Below, piece by piece: positions 1-13,348 of a stretch of DNA of 64,000 bases. The stretch lies in assembly GCF_009914755.1 (NCBI RefSeq), contig NC_060933.1, one strand, 5' to 3'. The stretch is from the human T2T-CHM13v2.0 reference genome, Homo sapiens. Position 1 is the stretch's first letter. Each line of letters starts with the position of its first letter. The notes beneath the pieces were generated by a model that was not told where the DNA came from, did no database searches, and was given only the letters and a program-made list of their open reading frames with translations. Position numbers and translations under genes: made by a program.

Positions 1-151
1 GGGCCCCTCAATAAGTTGCAGTCATTATGTCGGCTGGGGCTGCATCATCTGATGCCTTGACTGGGGCTGGAGGATCTACTTCCAAGATGGCACCGTCACA
101 TGGCTGTTTGGCTGGTGGCCTCGATTTCCTGCCCCCTGGACTTCACCATAG

Positions 152-478
<327 letters not shown>

Positions 479-701
479 AGCAACTTGGTTTTAAGGACAC
501 TTAGCTTCACAGATTGCCAACCAGAGCAGGCGATCCAAGAGAGAGAGCAAGGTGGAAGCCACAATCTTTATAACCTACTCTCAAAAGTCACACTCCATCA
601 TTTCCACCACATTCTGTTGATTAGAAGTGAGTCCCTACATACCATCCACACTCAAGAGCAGGGGAACGAGGCTTGTCCTAAGAGAGGAGTGGGTAGTTTT
701 T

Positions 702-1015
702 TGTTTGTTTGTTTGTTTGTTTGTTTGTTTGTTTGAAACTGAGTCTCACTCCGTCATCCAGGTTGGAGTGCAGTGGTGCTATCTCAGCTCACTGCAGCCT
801 CCACCCCTGGATTGAATCGATTCTCCTGCCTCAGCCTCCTGAGTAGCTGGGATTACAGGAGTGCACCACCACGCCCGGCTCATGTTTGTGTTTTTAGTAG
901 AGACAGGGTTTCACCACATTGGCCAGGCTGGTCTCAAACTCCTGACCTCAAGTGATCTGGCTGCCTTGGCCTCCCAAAGTGCTGGGATTATAGGTGTGAG
1001 CCACCACACCCAGCC
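702..1015 (-). mobile_element. Alu (AluS-like) with (TTTG)n tail
   Basis: Reverse Alu. TSD GAGTGGGTAGTTTTT at 687-701 and 1017-1031. Confidence 0.95.
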
Positions 1016-1576
1016 AGAGTGGGTAGTTTTTAAAACCACCACAATTGCCCGCCAGGGGCACAAAGAGGACTCATGGGGATGGGTCTGATAAGTGCTGAGC
1101 CCAGTGCTGGGCACCTGCAGGCACTCAGTAGGTGGTGGACACTTGTTTTATTATGATTATCCAGCACCTAGCACCCAGTCTACCCCAAATAGCACCATCA
1201 ACATATCTTCCTGAATCCTGCCTCCCTCATTTCAGCCTTTGCTCTCAGGCAGCCAGGGGGTCCCCATTTTCAACAAGAAAAAGCCCAAACCCTTTTGCTT
1301 GGCAGTCAACCCCACCCCATCCAAACCAATCCCTCCTTTCTCTGCTGAATGTTTCCCCTGTGCCAGCCACTTCCTTCCCACCACCACACCCTTAGCCAGG
1401 CTATCACCCACCAAGAATCCTGCCCCATCTTGAGCCTCTGCCTTCATTTGAAGCCTATCATCCCCTGTGCCTCAGTATTTTCCTTCAGCTCTAGATTCTT
1501 GCAGTGCTCTAGCCATTTACACAGCCATCAAATTCCAGGCCTCTTCTGTCACTCACCGGTTCACCTCTGTCATCTT

Positions 1577-1652
1577 GTCTCCTGCCCAAGACTGCATCTC
1601 CTCTTGTCCCTTCTCTGAGAGGCCTGTGGTTGAGCACAGGGATGAATGAGAA
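1577..1652 (+). repeat. Left arm of 76-bp inverted repeat (partner 3175-3250)
   Basis: Reverse complement of 3175-3250 with 1 mismatch. Confidence 0.95.
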
Positions 1653-1802
1653 AGAAACCCAGCCTGTCCTCAAGAAGTTGACAATGTGTCCCTCAAAGAC
1701 TGGGCTCATTGCTGCTACCTCTGGGAGTCCCAATGTGGAGGAGAGCTCTCAGTGGGTGTGCAGAAAATCTTGTCAGAAGTTACTGTCCCTGGGCAGGGCT
1801 AA

Positions 1803-3172
1803 TACCACCAGTATCACCATTATCATCATCACCACTATCGTCATCATCACCACCATCACCATCATTACCACCATCATCACCATCAATATCGACACCATCC
1901 TCATCATCATCATCACCACCATCATCAGCATCATCAGCAGCAGCAGCACCACCATTACCATCATTATCCCTACCATCTTCATCACCACCATCACCATCAC
2001 CATCACCATCATCATCACCATCATCACCATCACCATCACCATCATCATCACCACCATCACCATCATCAGCAGCAGCACCACCACCACTATTACCATCATT
2101 ATCCCTACCATCTTCATCACCACCATCACCATCACCATCACCATCATCATCACCATCATCACCACCATCATCACCATCATCATCATCAGCACCACCACCA
2201 CTATTACCATCATTATCCCTACCATCCTCATCACCACCATCACTATCACCATCACCATCATCATCACCATCATCACCATCATCATCATCATCACCATCAT
2301 CACCATCACCATCACCATCATCACCATCATCACCATCACCATCACCATCATCATCACCATCATCACCACCATCATCACCATCATCATCATCATCAGCACC
2401 ACCACCACTATTACCATCATTATCCCTACCATCTTCATCACCACCATCACCATCACCATCATCATCACCACCATCACCATCACCATCACCATCATCATCA
2501 CCATCATCACCACCATCATCATCAGCACCACCACCACTATTACCATCATTATCCCTACCATCCTCATCACCACCATCACCATCACCATCACCATCATCAT
2601 CACCATCACCATCATCACCATCACCATCATCACCATCACCATCACCATCATCACCATCATCATCATCACCATCACCATCATCATCACCATCATCACCACC
2701 ATCATCACCATCATCAGCAGCAGCAGCACCACCACCACTATTACCATCATTATCCCTACCATCCTCATCACCACCATCACCATCACCATCATCACCATCA
2801 CCATCACCATCATCACCATCACCATCATCATCATCACCACCATCATCACCATCATCATCAGCAGCAGCACCACCACCACTATTACCATCATTATTCCTAC
2901 CATCCTCATCACCACCCTCACCATCACCATCATCATCATGACCATCATCATCAGCACCACCGTTATCATCATTATCCCCACCGTCCTCATCACCATCATC
3001 ACCATCACCATCATCATTGTCACCATCACCATGATCATCGTCACCATCTTTATCCCCACCATCCTCATCACCATCATCACTACCATCAGCACCATCACCA
3101 TCATCACCATTACCACCATTATCACCACCATCATCATCACCAACACCATCCTCAGCACTACCACCACCATCA
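1803..3172 (+). repeat. (CAT/CAC)n compound trinucleotide array with recurring landmark ATTATCCCTACCATC
   Basis: Read directly. The landmark recurs 9 times. Confidence 0.97.
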
Positions 3173-3174
3173 CA

Positions 3175-3250
3175 TTCTCATTCATCCCTGTGCTCAACCA
3201 CAGGCCTCTCAGAGAAGGGACAAGAGGAGATGCAGTCTTGGTCAGGAGAC
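3175..3250 (-). repeat. Right arm of 76-bp inverted repeat
   Basis: Begins right at the end of the CAT/CAC array and is the reverse complement of 1577-1652. Confidence 0.95.
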
Positions 3251-6029
3251 CACTTTTGGGGGCAAAAGCAGCTCCTGAAACCACACCCCAAAGCAGGCTC
3301 CACTCCATTCCATCAGACCCTGCAGTCAGGAAGGGCCGTGGGGTGTCCTGGCCTTCATCTGTGAGAACTGCCTTACCCATGCTGATTTCCACCCACATGG
3401 CATCAGAGGACTCCGTGCCCTGACACTACAATCCTTGTCCCCTTGTGTAGCCACCTCAGGGTCCAGCACCAACTGTCCTGTCTACCTGGAGCATAACACC
3501 ATGAGGTCCCCAGCTCCTGGCTCTCCCCTGGGGGCTTGCCATGACCCGTTGGCCTGAGCTTTGGGGTGTCAGAAGCCCCCATGGAATGCACTGCTAAGAC
3601 AAGCCCATCCTGCCAGCCTTCCTACCTCTCATAGCTGACCCTGCTGGGTTCTATGTTACAAATTCCCCTGCCCCAGCACCACTCTGTGACCTGCAGTGAG
3701 CGCAGCTGTCACTCCCCTCAAGGGTGCCCAGGCAATAGGGAGATGTGAGGACTGTGGGGGCATAAGAGTTGTCTCAGGGCTGTGCAGAGGAAGCCAGGGC
3801 CCCCCTAAATATCTCCAGCTCATCGCACCAGCTCCATTCTGCCCGGAGCCCCATGTCTGAGCCCTCAGCTCAGAGCAGACAACCGTGCTAATCCTGTCCC
3901 AGGCTGGTGGCCGCCCCCACTGAGGAGGGGGAGCAAGCTGCCCAGAAAGCTGGTGTGGAGTGCCCGTTAGCTGTGGATGGCATCGTGGTGCCACCGGGAG
4001 ATTATCCACATGCAGCTAGTTCCCAGCAGCCGACCCCAGTGCCCCAAAAGAAGGCAGCTAGCTATTAAGGAGATTCATGGGCAGGGGTGAGGCGAGGAGG
4101 AAGGCTAATCAAGCTGTCCTGATTGTAATTGTCCGAAGGTGCTGGCCTCTCTCGTAAACATGCCAACTGCAGGCCCTGCTTCTGCGTCTCAGCAGGACTT
4201 CTCCCTGCTGGGACCGTGCTGGGGAATGTTCTTTCAACATAACTCTATTTAAATTCACATTTCCATCATCCCCCAGAGGAGCCGAGAGAGCTGAGCTGCG
4301 TGGTATAAGCCGGGAAAGGATTAGATGGGGTGGGTGTTATTTTTTTTCCTTTTATTTTCCCTTAGTGATGGAGATGGGGTTGTGGGGGGTGGGCCATTCT
4401 AGAATTCTGCAGTATTGGAACTGGAAGAGCTGTTACAAACCATCCAGCTCAACCCTCTGGATGTCCAGACGGGAAACTGAGGCCCCCGGGGGCCATCGGG
4501 ATGCCCAGCAGAGCCCCCTTCCCGGATTCCTTCCCCCAACGAGACCCTGGGGCGGATGTCAAGGAAAGGCCTGGAGGTTGGGGGGACACTCTGGGGCCCT
4601 TGGAGGCCTGGAAACCGGACTGTATTCCTGCGTTAGTTGGCAGGTGGCGCAACTTTCCTCCAAGTCAAAGTGCCAGGCCAGCTGAGGCCCCCCAGAGCCT
4701 CAGCCCCCTTCCCTGCTGCTCTGCCGAGCCCCTGCCATGAGTCTGAGTCACCTTTCTCCAGAGCCACATGTTCTCTGTAGGAAGCCCCCAGGGGCTGGCA
4801 AAGGCCCTGGCCTCTCAGGAGAGGAGGGGGCAGGTGAGCTGGGCAGTGGGATCGCATGGCCAGGAGTATGGCTTCCGGCCCCCCCGAGCCTAGGTGGAGG
4901 GTGGGGTGAGGGGCTGCGGCATAGACTGCGGCTGAGACCCAGGGAAGCAGGACCCTTGTCACCTGGGACTGGGCCCGGAGGGTGGGGAAGCCTAAGGCAG
5001 CAGACGGGAGGCAGCAGATGCGAGGAAGCAGCTGCTCTGGGGATGGAACTCCTAGCCTTTTGAGTGCCAGAAATGTTCAAATAAGCATCTGGTTTTGTTT
5101 TTTGAAATTTCTCGCATTATCAGCCGTTTGGGTGCTGTGGAGGGAGCTGAAGCCCGGCCCAGATTTTCCACCCCCACCGGAAGGCCTTGCCACCATGGTG
5201 ACAGCAGGTGGGAGTGGGGTCACCTCTTCTTCTGAGCAGCCAGGCAAAGCCCTATGGGGCCAGGTCCCGGTGGAATAGCCATGGCTCAGTCCCTCGCCAG
5301 CATGAGCTCAGGAACGCTGCATCCCCTCCTGTCACCTAGACTGGTAGGAGGGGGGTTTGGTGTGGTCTCCAACTAGACCCTAACTGGATCCAACTGGATC
5401 TCCAACTGGAGCCTCTCCTCCAGGGTGACAGGCATTCCATCCTGGGCAGGGGTAGCCTCCTCCATGGATGCGAAGGCTCTGGGCTGTCACACCACGTCCA
5501 GCATGAGTCTTTCCTGCACTCCATGGACCCAAATTTTCCCATGTGCAGGCCCTGTAGTGAGCCCTGATCACAGTTCAGAGAGGTTGAGATATTCAACTAA
5601 GCTTGCACAGCCTGGAGATGTCCTTATTACCGTCTTGTGGTGCCCACTGGGTCCAGTCTGCCGCTCTGATGGCCCCCATGGAGGTGAGTGGGCAGCACCT
5701 CGGCTGAGTGTCAGGTGTCCTGGGTTCTTAGCTAGTCACCCCCTCAACCGCTCTCAGTGACCTCCATCAAGTCACGTCCCCTCTCCAGCCTTAGTTTCCC
5801 TGTCTTCTAATAAAGCCTGCCCCTCAGAGCCCTTGCAGAGGTCAAAGAAGACAACAGCTTGAAGTTATTTTGCAAAAGGCTTAGTGAGGAGTCACAGACT
5901 CATGATGCTGACAGGGCAGGCGGGTGCAAGGCAGCCCAGGGGATTGGGAAGGACAGAGGCGGGAGGCACTGAGTTTCTTTGGCCGGCCTGCCACTTTGTG
6001 TCCCTGCAGAAAGGGCCAGATATGAGAGG

Positions 6030-6283
6030 TTAGAATGGTGCAGTGTAGGCAGGCAGACGTGGATTCTTGTCCCAGTCTTGCCATTTATTCACTGACCTTG
6101 GGCAAGTGACTTTAACTCTCTAAATCTCGGTTTCTTCATTTGTAAATGAGGATGATAATAGTAACGCAATAAGGCAAATCTCCTTAGGTGGCCACAAAGG
6201 TGCAATGAGATTAGGCACATCAACTCCACAATACAGGTATGGCACCTGCAGTGGCTCAATAAATGTTCACTGCTGTTGTTATT
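6030..6283 (+). mobile_element. MIR SINE, 3' end running into the CAC array
   Basis: Core ACCTTGGGCAAGTGACTTTAACTCTCTAAATCTCGGTTTCTTCATTTGTAAATGAGGATGATAATAGTA and terminal CTCAATAAATGTT...TTATTAT. Confidence 0.85.
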
Positions 6284-9050
6284 ATCATCACCGCTATCAT
6301 CACCACCACTACCATCACCACCAGCACCACCACCATCACCATCACCACCTCCAACACCACCACCACCACCACCACCATCACCACCATCACCACCACTGTC
6401 ATCACCATCACCACCACCACCGCCATCACCACCACCACCACCACCGCCATCACCATCACCACCACCATCACCACCACCACCACCACCGCCATCACCATCA
6501 CCACCACCATCACCACCACCACCACCACCACCACCACCATCACCACCACCACCACCATCACCACCACCACCGCCACCACCACCACCACCACCATCACCAC
6601 CACCATCACCACCACCACCACCACCGCCATCACCACCACCACCGCCACCGCCATCACCACCACCACCGCCATCACCATCACCACCACCACCACCATCACC
6701 ACCACCACCGCCACCACCACCACCACCACCATCACCACCACCATCACCACCACCACCACCACTGCCATCACCACCACCACCGCCACCGCCATCACCACCA
6801 CCACCGCCATCACCATCACCACCACCACCACCACCACCACCACCATCATCACCATCACCATCACCAGAACCACCACCATCACCATCACCACAACCACCAC
6901 CATCACCATCACCACCTCCAACACCACCACCACCACCACCACCATCACCACCATCACCACCACTGTCATTACCATCACCACCACCACCGCCATCACCACC
7001 ACCACCACCGCCATCACCACCACCACCGCCATCACCATCACCACCACCACCACCACCACCATCACCACCACCATCACCATCACCAGAACCACCACCATCA
7101 CCATCACCACAACCACCACCATCACCGTCAGCACCACCACCACCATCACCTCCACCACCACCATCACCATCACTACCATCACCACCACCATCACCACCAC
7201 CACCATCACCATCACCACCACCATCACCGTCACCACCACCACCACCATCACCACCACCATCATCACCATCACCATCACAACCACCACCACCACCACCACC
7301 ACCATCACCATCACCAACACCATCACCGTCACCACCACCATCACCATCACCACCACCATCATCACCATCACCATCACAACCACCACCACCACCATCACCA
7401 TCACCACCACCACCACCATCACCGTCACCACCACCATCACCACCACCATCACCATCACCAGAACCACCACCATCACCATCACCACAACCACCACCACCAC
7501 CATCACCATCACCACCACCATCACCGTCACCACCACCACCATCACCTCCACCACGACCATCACCATCACTACCATCACCACCACCATCACCACCACCACC
7601 ATCACCATCACCACCACCATCACCGTCACCACCACCACCATCACAACCACCACCATCACCATCACCAGAACTGCCACAATCACCACCACCACAACCACCA
7701 CCATCACCACCACCACCACCATCACCGTCACCACCACCACCACCACCATCACCAGAACCACCATCATCACCACCACCACCACCATCACCATCAACAGAAC
7801 CACCACCACCACCATCACCACCATCACCACCACCACCGTCACCACCACCACCACCATCACCACCACCATCATCACCATCACCATCACCACAAACACCACC
7901 ATCACCATCACCACCACCACCACCATCACCACCACCATCACCGTCACCACCACCACCACCATCACCATCACCACCACCACCACCACCACCACCATCACCA
8001 CCACCACCACCATCACCACCACCATCACCGTCACCACCACCACCATCACCATCACCAGAACCACCATCATCACCACCACCACCACCATCACCATCACCAG
8101 AACCACCACCACCACCATCACCACCACCACCGTCACCACCACCACCATCACCACCACCATCATCACCATCACCATCACCACAAACACCACCATCACCATC
8201 ACCACCACCACCACCATCACCACCACCATCACCGTCACCACCACCACCACCATCACCATCACCACCACCACCACCACCACCATCACCACCACCACCACCA
8301 TCACCACCACCATCACTGTCACCACCACCACCATCACCATCACCAGAACCACCACCATCACCATCACCACAACCACCACCATCACCATCACCATCACCAC
8401 CACCATCACCATCACCACCACCATCACCGTCACCACCACCATCACCTCCACCACCACCATCACCATCACTACCATCACCACCACCATCACCACCACCACC
8501 ATCACCATCACTACCACCATCACCGTCACCACCACCACCATCACCACCACCACCATCACCATCACCACAACCACCACCATCACCACCACCACCATCACCA
8601 TCACCACCACCATCATCATCACCGTCACCACCACCACCACCACCGCCACGACCATCACCATCACCACCACCACCACCATCATCACGACCATCACCACCAC
8701 CACAACCATCACCACCGCCACCACCACCACCATCACCACCGCCACCACCGCCACCATCACCACCACCACCGCCACCATCACCACCACCACCACCATCACC
8801 ATCACCATCACCATCACCACCATCACCATCACCACCACCATCACCGTCACCACCACCACCATCACCACCACCACCATCACCATCACCACCACCATCACCA
8901 CCACCACCACCATCACTGCCATCACCATCACTTCCACCACTTCCATCACTGTCACCACCTCGACCATCATCACCACCACCATCACCATTATACCATCACT
9001 ACCACCATCACTATCACCACCACTCCTCACATCAGCACTGTGACTACCAT
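6280..9050 (+). repeat. ~2.8-kb (CAC/CAT)n trinucleotide array
   Basis: Read directly. Interrupted by GCC, GTC, AGA and ACA triplets. Confidence 0.98.
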
Positions 9051-11896
9051 CCCAGCACTACCAGCGTGACCACCATCACCTTCACTAGCACACCTCCCAC
9101 TACTTTTACTCAAGGGCCCTCCTTCCCCCTCTTGCACCCTGACCCCATTCTCCCCTAGACCCTCAGGGACTCCTCGGGGCCTGGGCTGAATCTGAATGGG
9201 GCCTTGAGCCATGCAAGGAGTGGAAACTCCCCACCTGCCCACAGGGCCCAGTGTCTGTCAGTTTCTTGATGACCAGGTTCCAAAGCCATCTAGCTCGGGC
9301 CCACCCTTTGGGGCCTGCTCACAAAGCACCTGCCTAATTTAGTCCCAGATTTGCCTCTGGTACCCCCTACCTATCACTCTGCCAGCCCCCCTGCATCCCG
9401 ATATCCCCATAAATTATTGATGTCAGAAGTGCAAGGCTTATAAGGAGCTGGACGGGATAAACTGGTCAGCTCCAGCCCCAAAGGTGCCCATGGGTCTCAG
9501 GCAGGCAGGGGCCACCTGGGAGGACCCAAGGGAGAGGGGGTGGGACTGGGCACTGTTGGATATGGTTTGGCCAGGAACCCAGGAATCCTGCCCTAGAGCC
9601 TGGACACCCCATCCTTTGAGGTCCCAGAGGGAGATTGGTTCTAGGGATGATGATGGTGAATGGAAGGTGAAGTAGAATTTGACTCTGTCCAACTCTGGAA
9701 GTTTTCATGTAGAGTTTCATCTAGCCTGGAACAACTCAGGTCTAAACTGCCCAGACCAAGATGGCGTGTGAGGGAGCTCGTCCGACCCCCTAGGTGCCCA
9801 CCAGGAAAAAGAAGTCAGTTCTCACCAGAGGCCCCAAGAGAACCAGGACAATGTAGGGTCGGCTTTGCCCTCCTACCTGAGGCCGGTATCTGGACAACCC
9901 ACCCAGGTTTTCATGGGAGGAGGGGGGGCTCTCAAACCTGGAGAAGGAAGACTGGGAGAGCTGTGGTCATCTGCTCCGGCAGGTCCATGCACAGTGACCG
10001 CCCTCCATCAAGGCAGCCCCATCCAGAACCTGGGATCAGTTCACACCTGCTGAGCAGCTTCCTTCGTGCCCCTGATGAGGACAGTGGAGGTGAGGGTCTT
10101 TCAACTCCTCCCTCCAGAAGCCAGCAACTGGGACCTTGCCCTGGAACTTTCTTTCAGCTCACATGATTGCTGGGAAGGACTCATGCCGAGCTGAGGAGCA
10201 GGTGGCTGAGGCCAGGATGGGCTCTGCCGCCCGCATGTATGGGTGCCGTCAGACCTGTCCTATTGCCTGTCCCCCCAGACACTGAATGGGAATCTCCTAC
10301 CCCTAGAATCATTAAATCACCAAGGTTCAGCACCAGAGAATCTTGAATCGTGAAATCACAACCCCCCGCAAGATGTTTGGGAGAATGTTTTTGTCAAAAA
10401 AGAGAGATAACAAATGGCAAACGAAGTAGAAAATGTTTCCCAAACGTGAGGACGGCTGATTTCTTTGTGCCGCCTTGGATGATGGGTGCGGGGTGCCTGG
10501 TAGGGGTGGAAACTGAAGGGGGTTGGAGAGACATTGCAAAGCTGCCAGGACACCTGCTTCTTCTCGAGCAAGAACCCAGAGACATGACTAGCTACTCCAG
10601 ATGTCACCAACCCCCTCCGCCTTCTCATACTAACTTCCATCCCTGCTGATAGGTCCCCACAAGCCTGGGGCTCGGCTGTGACCAAGAAGAGCACCCTTAG
10701 CCCCCACACCCAGCCCAGCTACACTTTCCCCATCTGTGAAATGAGGTGTCTGGATTCGACTGTGGTTGGAATACTCTGTTCAAATGTGACTTCATACAGA
10801 ACCACCCCCGTCCCAAGGGTTGGGAGGTGGTTATTGAAGGGCCCAGGGCACCCTGCTGGCCTCCCATTCCCCCTCCAGCAGCCCCTGCCTTCAGCCCCCA
10901 CAGAACCTGAGACTGCAGAACACATCTTCAAATCCCTGACCCAGATGGATGCTCTGTGGATTAACATCCCAAACTTCTGCACATCGGGGAGGCCTCCCTT
11001 CTCACACAACAGATTGACATTGGCCCATTCCAACTGGGCCCAGGCTCCTGGCCAGCCTCGCCGGCGATTCTGACTGGGCCCAGGACAGCTGAGCCAGGGT
11101 CCCCAGACATCAAGGGGGGTGGGGGGATGCAACTAGAGTAAGGGGATGTGTCTCTTGAAGGAAGGGGCTCTTCCGAGGATGGACCCTGGGACACTTGGGG
11201 CTCCATAGTGCTGCTTTGGGGTCCAGGGACCAGGCCTTGACCCAATGCAGGTCCTCAATCAAGGGCAATTGGACAAATGGCACCAAGTGGGGGTGGCCAA
11301 TCTCATGCGTCCCTGCTGACGCTGGTGGTGCAGGGAGTCCTGAGGCAGAAGGGGGCCGGCATCCCTGGGCACTGGGAGTGTCAGTGGGGCTTATATCTGG
11401 GTTGGGACAGGGGTGAGTGGGAGGGATTTGGTCTCGTTTCAGAGAGAACCAGGAACCCACTGACAGATTTTAAATGGGAGCCCCACGTGATCAGATGGTA
11501 CTTGGAAGTTCACTCTGATCCTGAAGGGAAATGGATCGAGGGGTTGGCTGGGGCTGCACAGAGGCCAGGAGAGGTGATGTGGCTTGGACCAGGGTTGGGA
11601 GGAGGATGACAAAGTCAGCAGGGCCTAAGGGCTAGAAACATGTTTAGGAGAGACAGGCTTCAAGGAGAGCCCCTCGGCGAGTGTCTGGTCCGGGCCTTTT
11701 GACAATGGGATGCTATTCACCTCAGCAGGGAAGCTTGGGTGAGGACCAGGCGTTTGGGGTAGATCTGAAGCTCCATATTGGATGTATTGAGCTGTGGGGG
11801 AGCCCTGGAACACCCCATGGGGGAAGTTGAGGAGGAAGTAAGACACCCAGAAGTGAAATACAGTATGGCTGGGCTACAGGCAAAGGCTGGGCTGCA

Positions 11897-12078
11897 GGGA
11901 CAGGTTGTGCTGCAGGTACAAGCTATGGGGACAAGTTGTGCAGCAGGTACAGGCTACAGGGACAGGCTGTGCTGCAAGTAGAGGCTACAGGTACAGGGTG
12001 TGCTGTAGGGACAGGTTGTGCTGTAGGGACAGGTTGTGCTGTAGGGTCAGATTGTGTTGTAGGGACAGCCTACAGGGA
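11897..12078 (+). repeat. Minisatellite with GGGACAGGTTGTGCTG core (31-bp then 18-bp units)
   Basis: Visible tandem copies. Confidence 0.8.
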
Positions 12079-13239
12079 TGCACTGTGCATAGTCTATACA
12101 TCACAGGTAACTGAGGATGAATGGGTCAGTGCTGAGACCAGGACAAGGCATGGGGCTGAGTCTTGGGGACCTGCCACTTGAGAATTCTAGGTCACCGCCA
12201 TCCTTCACCAGGCCAAGATGAAGCATGAGAGGAAAAGCTTCCTCTGCTTCACGGCCTGTGAAGACATCAATAAGGACTGGCGGGCTCCTTATGAGAAACA
12301 CTTGGAGACCCCAGAAATATCAGGGGTGAGCTGAGAGTAGGCTGTGGTCCCAAGGTCATGTCAATGGGGGTGGGGGAGCAGTGAAACAACGGCCATGCAG
12401 TTCCTGTCGCTGTGTCAGAGCTCACAGCCAGCAGGCCTGGACCTCTGGACTCAGGTGTGTCCACGGCAGCCCTTCCAAGATGCCCTGATTCAAAGAATGC
12501 GGGATCTCCGAGTCTCAGGCAGTTATTTTGGAGTCAATGACAGGGACCCATCTTATCCCATCTCTGTGCACCCCCACTCCCAGGATGTCCCCATCTGACC
12601 TTCCACTCCAGCTGTGGCTCCTGACATAGGTTGGGGAACAGAGGGACTGAGGGAGGAGGGGGCAGGCCTCCCATTCTGTCCAACAGAGGCTTCCTGGAAT
12701 GGGGCAGGCAGACTGAGTCACATCCCTGTGACTCACGTGGCCCGTCAGACATTCTCATAATATTAATAATGAAAGGGCAGCTCCCTCGGAGACCGCAGGC
12801 CCACACTTGGCTCTGGCAAGAGCTTGGAATGCCAAGTTTTCCTAGGGACGCCACCAGACAGATGAGGGAGCACCGGCTGCAGTGGGCAGGGCAGCTTTCG
12901 CGGCAGCATGCCCCCGCCCCGGGGGGCTGTCTGGGATGTCTTTAAGGATGCTTTGTTAAGCCCCATTAAATATGCATCAGCCCCCATTAAACTTTAATGT
13001 CCCACTTATAGGTGTCACATTTTTCACCTCCTCCTGGGATGGGAGCCACGGAGAACTGACGTCTGGCACTTGGGGACCCAGGCAGGGGCTGGGCTGTGAG
13101 CAGCCTGGCAGTGCGTCCCTCGGCCAGCACCCAGGCCTAGGGCAAGGGCCGTGGGAGATTGTGCCCCTGCGGCGTGCGGTGTCTCATGCCCCAAACCTCA
13201 CCACTCCCCTCCCCAAGGCTGGAGAGCTCCACCATGATA

Positions 13240-13348
13240 GTCGGAAAACTGTCAAGAACCAGACAGTAAATGTTTTAGACTCTGCATATGCATCTTTGAT
13301 TTCCTTTTTACAACCCTTTAAAAATGCGAACACCATTCTTAGCTCACT
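13240..13348. mobile_element. MER58-like hAT-Charlie fragment
   Basis: CCAGACAGTAAATGTTTTAGAC and AAAAATGCGAACACCATTCTTAGCTC resemble recalled MER58B. Confidence 0.55.

Noticed and set aside
1960-3060. CRISPR-like repeat-spacer pattern from the recurring landmark
   Set aside because: The spacers are low-complexity triplets, the DNA is primate, and there are no cas genes.
1577-3250. TIR-bounded DNA transposon or MITE
   Set aside because: No target-site duplication outside the arms and no transposase. The left arm is embedded in continuing L2-like sequence.
1630-3423. 597/410/541-aa ORFs (Thr/Ile, Pro/Ser, Met/Val)
   Set aside because: These are translations of a stop-poor CAT/CAC array, open in several frames at once, with no splice or promoter support.
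6205-9158. ~950-aa poly-His, mucin-like Thr-rich and extensin-like Pro-rich ORFs
   Set aside because: All are reading frames of the (CAC)n array, not genes.
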